NCBI GenBank assembly: GCA_964444545.1
Contig: CAYUHG010000002.1
Span: forward strand, 45,989 to 109,988
From: an uncultured Rhizobium sp.
Lineage (GTDB): Bacteria; Pseudomonadota; Alphaproteobacteria; Rickettsiales; UBA1997
Length of the DNA stretch: 64,000 nt
Reading direction: 5' to 3'
A program made the position numbers and the translations under genes. Under the pieces are notes generated by a model. It ran no database searches, was not told where the DNA came from, and saw nothing but the letters and a program-made list of their open reading frames with translations. Within the stretch, counting starts at the first letter, position 1. Each line of letters opens with the position of its first letter. Below, piece after piece: positions 48,777 to 56,922 of the stretch.

Positions 48777-49967
48777 ATGCAAAACAAATTCTATCTAACT
48801 GAAAAACTTCCTCCTTATATTTTTGCAGCGATGTACAAACTTAAGACTGATGCGGCGGCGCGCGGTGTTGAGATTATCGATTTTGGTATGGGAACACCAG
48901 ATTCTCCGCCGCCACAATTTGTTCTCGATCGTTTAGCTGAGCTTTCAAAAGACGGTTCGCTTTTTGCTTATTCGGTAACTGGCGGCATTCAAATTTTGCG
49001 TGATGCAATTTGCGATTATTACCAACGTCGTTTTGGTGTTAATCTTGATTCTAAGTCGGAAGCCTTGGTGACGATTGGCGCGAAAGAAGGAATTGCATCA
49101 CTTGCAACGGCGATTTCTAGTCCGGAAAATTACTTTGTTGTACCAACGCCAGCCTATCCAATTCATACTTTCGCTTTTGCACTTTCAAAAAGTAATGTGG
49201 TGCATTTGCCAGTTATTAAATCGACAGATTTTTTGCGTGATTTCAAAAAATTTGTTGAAGAAAAAGTCGCTAAAAACGAGCCAAAACCTTTGGCGGTGAT
49301 TGTGAATTATCCGTGCAATCCAACCACAGAAATTGTGGGTTTAGACTTTTACCAAGAGATGGTCGATTTTTGCAGGAAACATAAAATCTACATCATTTCC
49401 GACATCGCTTACTGCGAACTTTATTTTGATGAAAAAGACAAACCACATTCGATCCTTGAAATTGAAGGTGCGAAAGATATTGCGATCGAATTTTCATCAG
49501 TTTCAAAAAGCTATTCAATGCCGGGTTGCCGAGTTGGTTTTGCGGTAGGGAATCCAACTTTGATTGATGCGCTTTATCGCATTAAATCTTATCTCGACTA
49601 TGGCTCGTTTAATCCATTACAGATGGTTGCAGTTGATGCTCTGTCAGAAAAAAGTGATGAATATCTAAAAAATTTGCGTGCACTTTACAAAAATCGCGGC
49701 GAATTTTTGTGCGAACTTTTGAAAAATGAACTGGGTTGGCACGTTGAAAAACCTAAAGCCAGTATGTTCATTTGGACACGTTTGCCAGAAAAATTTTCGC
49801 ACATGACTTCATTTGAATTTTGTAAAAAAATGATCGAAGAAGCTGGAGTTGTGATGACACCAGGAAGTTCATTTGGCGCTAATGGTGAAGGTTATGTCCG
49901 TTTTTCTTTAATCCGTGATGAAGAAAAAATGATTCAGGCGGTTAAAGCATTAAAAAAATTCTTCTAA
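48777..49967 (+). CDS. class I/II PLP aminotransferase (AlaC/DapL-like)
   Basis: LPPYIFA...IIDFGMGTPD and PLP-lysine SVSKSYSMPGCRVGF. Confidence 0.85.
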   Translation: MQNKFYLTEKLPPYIFAAMYKLKTDAAARGVEIIDFGMGTPDSPPPQFVLDRLAELSKDGSLFAYSVTGGIQILRDAICDYYQRRFGVNLDSKSEALVTIGAKEGIASLATAISSPENYFVVPTPAYPIHTFAFALSKSNVVHLPVIKSTDFLRDFKKFVEEKVAKNEPKPLAVIVNYPCNPTTEIVGLDFYQEMVDFCRKHKIYIISDIAYCELYFDEKDKPHSILEIEGAKDIAIEFSSVSKSYSMPGCRVGFAVGNPTLIDALYRIKSYLDYGSFNPLQMVAVDALSEKSDEYLKNLRALYKNRGEFLCELLKNELGWHVEKPKASMFIWTRLPEKFSHMTSFEFCKKMIEEAGVVMTPGSSFGANGEGYVRFSLIRDEEKMIQAVKALKKFF

Positions 49968-49973
49968 AGAAAA

Positions 49974-51509
49974 ATGAGAAATATTCTGAATCCATCAAAT
50001 ATAGAAGAGCGTTTAGAAGAAGTGCGGGCAAGGATCGATGCTATTATTGCAGATTCAGAATTTATACAGAGTGGTATTCGAACTCTTAAAAAAATTCCGC
50101 CAGAATTATTACTGGCATTTCCCGCTGCTGCTTTAGCAATACCTGAGTTACAAGACCCAACAGAAGATAATGCCAGAAAATATGCCATAGTTGGTGCAAC
50201 GGCTTGGATGTCAAGTAACTTGGGGACTGATAGTGCTTTTATTTTAGGCCGAAAAATGGTCAGAAATTTACATGAAGGCGAAAGATTTGCAGCCTTAAAA
50301 AATGCGGCACAAAGCTTACGTGCGTCAGCAACCACAGCAGCTGGAATGGCAATAATCGTTGAAGCTTTGCAATCTGTACCGCAACAAAAAGCATTCGATG
50401 CTGCGGCTAAATTTGTTGGTCTTCCCGATGTTAATAATGCAATATTGACCGGAGCAATAATTGGTGGAATTGCTACAGAATTAGTTTTTATAGCTGGTGG
50501 TGCGGTTGAAGGGCTTGATATAATTAATCAATCAGAAGCGATGCAATCAGCCAGAGCTTATGCTAGATTGGTTGCGCAAAGAGCGGTTGAAGGATCGCGC
50601 AATTGTTTAATTTCACTTTTGGGTGGAGAAGAGCAGGTTGCAGTTTTGATGAATAGAATGGAATTAGTAGCAGATCGAATGGCGCGGAATACAATTCGTG
50701 CATTAACTATGCCTGCTGAATCTGATCTGGCTTTTGCAACGGTAATTGCGGGAATTCCTTCTGCTGAAAGTAAAGATGCAAATATGGCAAAAAAAACCTT
50801 TGCTATGATGTCTGATAGTACAGCGATGTACAAAAGTTTATTTAAAGCTGCAGAAGCTGGTGTAGAAATGGTTAATGGTCTTAGTCAGGGAGATATGGAA
50901 AAGGTCATGAAGGAAATTCAAACAGGTTTAATGGCATCTTTGGTAGTAGCTTATGGTACAGCGCTTATGGTTTCTATTTTAGAATCAATACCGCAGCAGA
51001 GAGCATTTAATAAAGCCGCTGAAGCTATGGGATTTTCCGATGTGGAAAATCCAATGTTGCAAGGTGCAATATTGGGAGGAATTACTGCGGGATTATGTTT
51101 TGCAATGTTTGCTACGATGCGAGGAGCTGCAGTATTAAGCGAAGAAGAGACACGAAATGCGATAGCTCGAGTTGCAGATCGAGCTTTAAATGGGGCCTAT
51201 GCTGGAGTATATGGTCTTGCTGCTGGAGTAAATTATTTGATTGCTCCAGCTGATAGAATAGCTGTGGCACAAGATGATCATGAGGGTGATTTGGAAGCAG
51301 CTGTTGTTAATACTACTGTGAATAATGCCGTTGCAGGTAATACTACTAATCAAGTAGAGCCTTCGTTAGATCCTATCCAAGAAGAAAATGAGGAAGAGTT
51401 AGACAAAGAAATCGAAGGTGATGTTGTTTTAAAGCCTAGAGCTCAAAATTTCGCGAACTCAAATAACATAGTATTTCCTACCACAAATACAGGTCGTACC
51501 AGCCGATGA
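49974..51509 (+). CDS. hypothetical Ala/Gly-rich membrane protein with an internal duplication
   Basis: Two roughly 55-aa modules (IVEALQSVPQQKAFDAAAKFVGLPDVNNAILTGAIIGGIA / VSILESIPQQRAFNKAAEAMGFSDVENPMLQGAILGGIT). The stop overlaps the trmD start. Confidence 0.55.
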   Translation: MRNILNPSNIEERLEEVRARIDAIIADSEFIQSGIRTLKKIPPELLLAFPAAALAIPELQDPTEDNARKYAIVGATAWMSSNLGTDSAFILGRKMVRNLHEGERFAALKNAAQSLRASATTAAGMAIIVEALQSVPQQKAFDAAAKFVGLPDVNNAILTGAIIGGIATELVFIAGGAVEGLDIINQSEAMQSARAYARLVAQRAVEGSRNCLISLLGGEEQVAVLMNRMELVADRMARNTIRALTMPAESDLAFATVIAGIPSAESKDANMAKKTFAMMSDSTAMYKSLFKAAEAGVEMVNGLSQGDMEKVMKEIQTGLMASLVVAYGTALMVSILESIPQQRAFNKAAEAMGFSDVENPMLQGAILGGITAGLCFAMFATMRGAAVLSEEETRNAIARVADRALNGAYAGVYGLAAGVNYLIAPADRIAVAQDDHEGDLEAAVVNTTVNNAVAGNTTNQVEPSLDPIQEENEEELDKEIEGDVVLKPRAQNFANSNNIVFPTTNTGRTSR

Positions 51510-52237
51510 TCAATTTTAAAATTTTAACGATTTTCCCTGAGCTTTTTCCTGGGCCTTTAGCGGCTTCAGTTACTGGCTCGGCGCTTGAAAAAAAACTTTG
51601 GACAATTGAAGCGATTAACATTCGTAATTACGCCAAAGACAAACGCGGCACAGTTGATGACACACCTTACGGTGGTGGTGCTGGTATGGTTTTGAAAGCT
51701 GATGTAATTGCTGATGCGATTGACGAATTACGCTCTTTTGAGAATCTGAAAAATTATAAAAAACTGCCGCGAATTATTTATCTATCGCCGCGTGGAAAAA
51801 CTTTTACCCAAAAAAAAGCCCGCGAATTAGCTAAAGAAGAAGGAATTATTTTGCTCTGCGGACGCTACGAAGGCGTTGATCAACGCGTTTTGGATGAATA
51901 TGAAATCGAAGAAATTTCGATTGGTGACTATGTTCTATCTGGCGGTGAAATTGCTGCTTACGTTGTGATTGATGCAGTTTTGCGTAATGTTGAAGGTGTG
52001 CTTGGCGCTGATGAATCTTTAGCCGAAGAATCTTTCGGTGCGGCAGAAAATGATGATTACGAAAATTTACTCGAATATCCACATTACACCAAACCACAAG
52101 AATGGCGCGGCCAGAAAGTTCCTGAAGTTTTAACTCAAGGTCATCACAAAAAAATTAATGAATGGCGCAAAGAACAGGCGATTGAAATCACTAAAAAAAA
52201 TCGTCCAGATTTATGGGCAAAATTTTCGCAAAAGTAA
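51506..52237 (+). CDS. trmD: tRNA (guanine37-N1)-methyltransferase
   Basis: ILTIFPELF, DDTPYGGGAGMV, CGRYEGVDQRV, SIGDYVLSGGE. Confidence 0.95.
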   Translation: MINFKILTIFPELFPGPLAASVTGSALEKKLWTIEAINIRNYAKDKRGTVDDTPYGGGAGMVLKADVIADAIDELRSFENLKNYKKLPRIIYLSPRGKTFTQKKARELAKEEGIILLCGRYEGVDQRVLDEYEIEEISIGDYVLSGGEIAAYVVIDAVLRNVEGVLGADESLAEESFGAAENDDYENLLEYPHYTKPQEWRGQKVPEVLTQGHHKKINEWRKEQAIEITKKNRPDLWAKFSQK

Positions 52238-52271
52238 AAGCTACTATTTAGAAAATATCACGTTTTAATAG

Positions 52272-52314
52272 GGATCACTTGTTGATGTAACCAAGATGGT
52301 TGATCCTTTTTTTT
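52272..52314 (+). terminator. probable terminator after trmD
   Basis: Imperfect hairpin ggatca...tgatcc followed by T8. Confidence 0.55.
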
Positions 52315-52324
52315 ATCTCTCAAA

Positions 52325-53806
52325 ATGACTTCTTTCTCAGAATTAAATTTAAATCCAAAAATTCTCGTATCCCTTGAAAAAAAAGGTTATGTGAATCCAA
52401 CTCCAATCCAGCTTCAAGCTATTCCACCGGTTTTAGAAGGCAAAGATCTTTTGGGAATTGCCCAAACTGGAACTGGCAAAACTGCGGCGTTCTCGCTTCC
52501 TATCATCCATAATTTAGCGAAAAGCGGAATCTCAGTAAAAAGCGGCTGCGTGCGCGCTTTGATCTTAACCCCAACTCGTGAACTTGCTTCGCAAATCGCC
52601 GAAAATGTTGATGCTTACAGCAAAGATTTAAATTTACGTCACGCGGTGATTTACGGTGGAGTTTCTGATCGCGCTCAAATTAATGCTTTGCAACGTGGTG
52701 TTGATATTTTGATCGCAACCCCGGGACGATTGCTAGATTTGACTTCTCAAGGTCACATTCGTTTTATGCAAGTTGAAGTTTTGGTTTTGGATGAAGCTGA
52801 TCGTATGCTTGATATGGGTTTTGTTAACGACATCAAAAAAATCATCGCGCGTTTGACTAACAAAAGACAGACGTTGTTTTTCTCGGCAACTATGCCGCCA
52901 GCGATTACTGATTTAGCCAGTTCAATTTTAACCGATCCGATACGCATCGAGGTTACTCCTCAATCAACCACAGTTGAGCGTATTGATCAGAAAATTATGT
53001 TTGTGGAATGGCGTGATAAATTGCCGTTGTTGCGTCATCTTCTAAAACAGCCAGATGCAACGAGTGTGATCGTTTTTTCACGTACCAAACATGGCGCCAA
53101 TGACGTAGAAGATTATTTAGAACGTAATCGTATCGCTGCTGCAGCAATTCACGGCGACAAAGATCAAGATCAGCGCGAGAAAGCTTTAAACAGATTTCGT
53201 GAAGGAAAAATTCAGGTGTTAGTCGCAACCGATGTTGCAGCGCGCGGTATTGATATTCCTGCGATCAGCCATGTAATTAATTTCGATATTCCTGTTGATC
53301 CAGAAAGTTATGTTCATCGTATTGGTCGTACTGCTAGAGCAGGTCGACAAGGTGTGGCAATTTCGTTTTGTGATCCAAATGATGACAAGCTTTTGTTGGC
53401 GGTTGAGAAGGCGATTAACTACAAAATTCCAGTTGATAATTCTCATCCTTTCAGCACCAGAAGATCAAAAGAATCAGTAGCTCAAAATGATTCTCGTAAG
53501 CTTGAAAGAAAGCCGCAACGTCAAGAAGATAGAGTTGAGAATCGTGCGCCAAAGCAACGTGAAGAACGTCATGAAAATCGTCAAGAACATCACAGAGAAA
53601 ATAGCCAACCAAAAAAGAAACAAGGCGGAATTTTAAGTTTTATTCTCGAGCTTTTTGGCATCAAAAAAACAGTTGAGAAAAAACATCATAGAAGAAGAAA
53701 TAATTCGGGAAAAAACGATTTCAGAAAATCTGATTCAAACAGATCGAGAAAACCAAGAAGAAATCACAGCAATAGATCGCCCAATAATTCAAAAAATTTT
53801 AGCTAA
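52325..53806 (+). CDS. DEAD-box ATP-dependent RNA helicase (RhlE-like), basic C-terminal tail
   Basis: AQTGTGKT, DEAD, SAT and HRIGRTARAG. The tail is rich in R/K/N/E. Confidence 0.9.
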   Translation: MTSFSELNLNPKILVSLEKKGYVNPTPIQLQAIPPVLEGKDLLGIAQTGTGKTAAFSLPIIHNLAKSGISVKSGCVRALILTPTRELASQIAENVDAYSKDLNLRHAVIYGGVSDRAQINALQRGVDILIATPGRLLDLTSQGHIRFMQVEVLVLDEADRMLDMGFVNDIKKIIARLTNKRQTLFFSATMPPAITDLASSILTDPIRIEVTPQSTTVERIDQKIMFVEWRDKLPLLRHLLKQPDATSVIVFSRTKHGANDVEDYLERNRIAAAAIHGDKDQDQREKALNRFREGKIQVLVATDVAARGIDIPAISHVINFDIPVDPESYVHRIGRTARAGRQGVAISFCDPNDDKLLLAVEKAINYKIPVDNSHPFSTRRSKESVAQNDSRKLERKPQRQEDRVENRAPKQREERHENRQEHHRENSQPKKKQGGILSFILELFGIKKTVEKKHHRRRNNSGKNDFRKSDSNRSRKPRRNHSNRSPNNSKNFS

Positions 53807-53811
53807 AAACT

Positions 53812-54375
53812 TTATTTAGAGGCTGATTGGCCGGAATTACTTATTCCGGCTAAATTAGTAGCATTAGCTTCAGTTGTTTTTGGTGATCCTTGTGGATTTA
53901 CAACTTCGTATTCTTGCTCTTGTTCTCTGGTCATTGTTTCGGTTGTAAATTCTACAAAATCATATCCAGCAATTTCATTACTGCGTATTCTTTCTTTTTG
54001 CACAGTTATTAATTCTTTATTGCATCTGTAGAACGAAGAATAATTTCTAATTTTGTTGATCATTACTGGTGATGCATCGTGGATAATTGCTGCATTGAAG
54101 GCTTGGTGAGTAATATGAGATTTAGGAATATGAGGATCAGCTAGTCTTTTTGTAAGCCTGTCAAACATCTCATCTCTTTTGTGAATAATAGATAAAGTAA
54201 GAGCTGTGTAGTCATCTTCATCTAGCACATCAATTTCGGCGCTGCCATTGGTATCAAAAAATCTTTCAAAAGCTTCAAGGTTACCATCTATAACTGCGCG
54301 ATGTAGGTCGGTGGTTTTTTTTGTACGTTCTGGTGGTTTTGAACCGAAGAGGGAATTGAAAATAGAACTGAACAT
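53812..54375 (-). CDS. small hypothetical protein with ankyrin-like repeats
   Basis: DLHRAVIDGNLEAFERFF...DDYTALTLSIIHKRDEMFDRL. No other domain recognised. Confidence 0.5.
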   Translation of the reverse strand: MFSSIFNSLFGSKPPERTKKTTDLHRAVIDGNLEAFERFFDTNGSAEIDVLDEDDYTALTLSIIHKRDEMFDRLTKRLADPHIPKSHITHQAFNAAIIHDASPVMINKIRNYSSFYRCNKELITVQKERIRSNEIAGYDFVEFTTETMTREQEQEYEVVNPQGSPKTTEANATNLAGISNSGQSASK

Positions 54376-54408
54376 TTTTCAGCTTAATTTGTAACTATTG
54401 AGATTTTT

Positions 54409-54438
54409 CACTCGTGATCAAAATTTTGATCACGAGTG
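54409..54438. other. perfect 12-bp-stem hairpin between the helicase-2 stop and the ankyrin-like gene start
   Basis: cactcgtgatca-aaattt-tgatcacgagtg. There is no U-tract on the minus-strand transcript, so it is not a canonical terminator. Confidence 0.4.
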
Positions 54439-54453
54439 CGGTGAATCAAATCT

Positions 54454-56508
54454 TTACCAAGATTTTTGTGGTCTAAAAGATCCGCCACCAGAAGGTCTTC
54501 TGTCACCGAAAGGTTTTCTGTTACGATCACCAAAAGGTTTTCTATCGCCGTTACTTGATCTGCGGTCGTTTCTTTGGCCGTCTCTACGATCACTGAATCC
54601 GCCGCTAGATCTTTCAGAATTTCCGAAAGACGAGTTTCCTCTGCGATCGTTGTTTCCAAATGAGTTGCCGCGATTGTCGTCGTTACGATCAGATCCGCGA
54701 GAATTTCTATCACGGTTACCGCCAAATCCTGAACCGTCTCTGCGGTCGCGATTTGGTCTGCCGAATCCATCGCCGCTTCTACCACCGAAGCCTTCACCAC
54801 TTCTGCCGCCGCGAGAAGAGTTTCTGTCTCTGCCGCCAAATCCTGAAGAATTTCTTTGACCACCAGATGATCTTTGATCTCTGCCTTGTGGTAAGCCGTC
54901 GCGTCCGGTGAAAGAAGGTTGTTCATCACGATTTCTGCGATCTCTACCGCCCCCGTTACGTGATTCAGTTTTTTTACCTTTCAACCAACCTAGACCAAAA
55001 CCACCGCCTTTTTCTTCTTCTTTAACGCGGAACGGAGTGTTACGATCTACAGATTGAGCTGCTCGTTTTTTACCAAAACCGATGAAGTTCAAAAGGCTGC
55101 TTTTTGTGCCGTCAGGTTGTTGATCTTCACTACGTTTTGGTTTTCTGTCGAAATTTCTTTTACCGTCTCTGCGATCAGATCTTTCGCCTCTCTCAGAAGA
55201 ATGAGGTGAAGATCTTCTATCGTTATTTCTGCCGCCTCTGTTTCTGTCACCAGAACTTCTTCCTTCGCCAGAACTAGCTGGACGAGAACGTTGTCCTGAA
55301 CGCTGTCCAGAATTTTGTCTTCTAGGACGATCAGAATTGTTAGAATCTTGCGAAGAAGAAGGCGCTGCTTCTACACCGTGATACGCATGGGTGGTATCGA
55401 CTGGAATATTAAAATTTATAGTTTTTTCCACTGCTTTTAAAAGTCTGGTTTCTGAAGGATCACAAAAAGAAATAGCAACACCTTGGCGACCGGCGCGTGC
55501 TGTGCGGCCGATACGGTGCACATAACTTTCTGGATCCATCGGGATGTCAAAATTAATAACATGGCTGATTGAAGGGACATCAATGCCACGTGCTGCGATA
55601 TCTGTTGCGATAAGAACTTGTACCTTACCTTCGCGGAAGCTGGCAAGTGCTTTTTCACGAGCACCTTGCGATTTGTTTCCGTGTATTGCTGCAACCGCAA
55701 TCGAATTTTTTTCTAAAAATTCTAAAATGCGATTTGCACCGTGCTTGGTTTTTGAAAATACCAAAACGCTTTGTGCTTCTTCATCTTTCAAGATTCTTTT
55801 TAGAAGTGAAAGCTTATTTCCTTTTTGCACCTGCATAAGTTTTTGTTCGATACGCTCAACAGTTGTTGATTGTGGCGTAATTTCGATTTTCACCGGATCT
55901 TTCAAAATAGAATGAGCTAAGTCGTTGATTGCGTCAGGCATGGTTGCTGAGAAGAAAAGCGTTTGTCTTTCTTCCGGAATTTTGGCGATAATTTTTTTAA
56001 CATCGTTAAAGAAACCCATGTCGAGCATGCGATCAGCTTCGTCTAAAACAAAAATTTCCAAATTCGAAAAACGAATGTGACCTTGAGTTGCTAAATCAAG
56101 CAAACGTCCGGGAGTTGCGATTAAAATATCGACACCGCGTTTCATCGTAGCGATTTGTGGACGTTCAGAAACGCCGCCAAAAACTACTGTGTGAGTTAAG
56201 TGTAAATCTTTGCCGTAAAGTTTGATGTTATCAGCGATTTGCGAAGCGAGTTCGCGAGTTGGAGTTAAAATCAAAGCACGTGCGCCGTTGCTTCTAACCT
56301 CTTTATTGCTAGCGGCAAGATTTTGTAAAATAGGTAAAGAAAATGCGGCGGTTTTGCCAGTTCCGGTTTGGGCGATTCCTAAAAGATCTTTGCCTTCAAG
56401 AACTGCGGGAATTGCTTGAAGTTGGATCGGAGTTGGTGTTGTGTATCCTTTGCTTTCAAGTGCTGAAAGAATTTTTGAGTTTAAGTTTAAGTTTTGAAAA
56501 GTTGTCAT
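54454..56508 (-). CDS. DEAD-box ATP-dependent RNA helicase paralogue with a roughly 300-aa RGG/RD/SR-rich low-complexity tail
   Basis: The core is about 70 % identical by eye to 52325..53806 (same AQTGTGKT/DEAD/SAT/HRIGRTARAG). The tail carries GGRDRNSSRGGRSGEGFGGRSGDGFG and tandem KPFGDRNRKPFGDRR. Confidence 0.9.
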   Translation of the reverse strand: MTTFQNLNLNSKILSALESKGYTTPTPIQLQAIPAVLEGKDLLGIAQTGTGKTAAFSLPILQNLAASNKEVRSNGARALILTPTRELASQIADNIKLYGKDLHLTHTVVFGGVSERPQIATMKRGVDILIATPGRLLDLATQGHIRFSNLEIFVLDEADRMLDMGFFNDVKKIIAKIPEERQTLFFSATMPDAINDLAHSILKDPVKIEITPQSTTVERIEQKLMQVQKGNKLSLLKRILKDEEAQSVLVFSKTKHGANRILEFLEKNSIAVAAIHGNKSQGAREKALASFREGKVQVLIATDIAARGIDVPSISHVINFDIPMDPESYVHRIGRTARAGRQGVAISFCDPSETRLLKAVEKTINFNIPVDTTHAYHGVEAAPSSSQDSNNSDRPRRQNSGQRSGQRSRPASSGEGRSSGDRNRGGRNNDRRSSPHSSERGERSDRRDGKRNFDRKPKRSEDQQPDGTKSSLLNFIGFGKKRAAQSVDRNTPFRVKEEEKGGGFGLGWLKGKKTESRNGGGRDRRNRDEQPSFTGRDGLPQGRDQRSSGGQRNSSGFGGRDRNSSRGGRSGEGFGGRSGDGFGRPNRDRRDGSGFGGNRDRNSRGSDRNDDNRGNSFGNNDRRGNSSFGNSERSSGGFSDRRDGQRNDRRSSNGDRKPFGDRNRKPFGDRRPSGGGSFRPQKSW

Positions 56509-56922
56509 TTTAAATGTTAAAAGTTTGGCTCTTGAGTGCGCTTTCAGAGCCTTGTAAGAAGAAAATTAATGAAGCTTCTTTTAAGTTTGTTTTATCCCGC
56601 TTGAATCTTTGTTTAAAAGGTCGGTAGGGATCTTATCAGATTTTGAATTAGCCTAAATTCAAGAAATCATCGAAGTGCTTTGGCATCTACAAAGAGGACT
56701 GAATTTTATAGAGATTGAAAGGTTTTTTCAGGTCTCAGGTCTGTTACAAGTTATGCTACATCTTTATTTGGCGACACCAAATATTTGTGTGGTGGTTGCA
56801 TTATGAAAGTCATAATTTATAAATGCTACCATTAACATTTAATTATAAATTTAAATTAGGAAAAACTAAATATAGTCGGTAGAAGCTGAATCTATAAAAA
56901 CCAGAAAAAATTCTATTATTTT

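Noticed and set aside
54398-54929. ORFs 54398..54859 (+), 54408..54929 (-) and 54660..54911 (+)
   Set aside because: These are alternative frames of the repetitive RGG-tail coding DNA of helicase 2. Their periodic low-complexity translations (LRS/PPN repeats) are artefacts.
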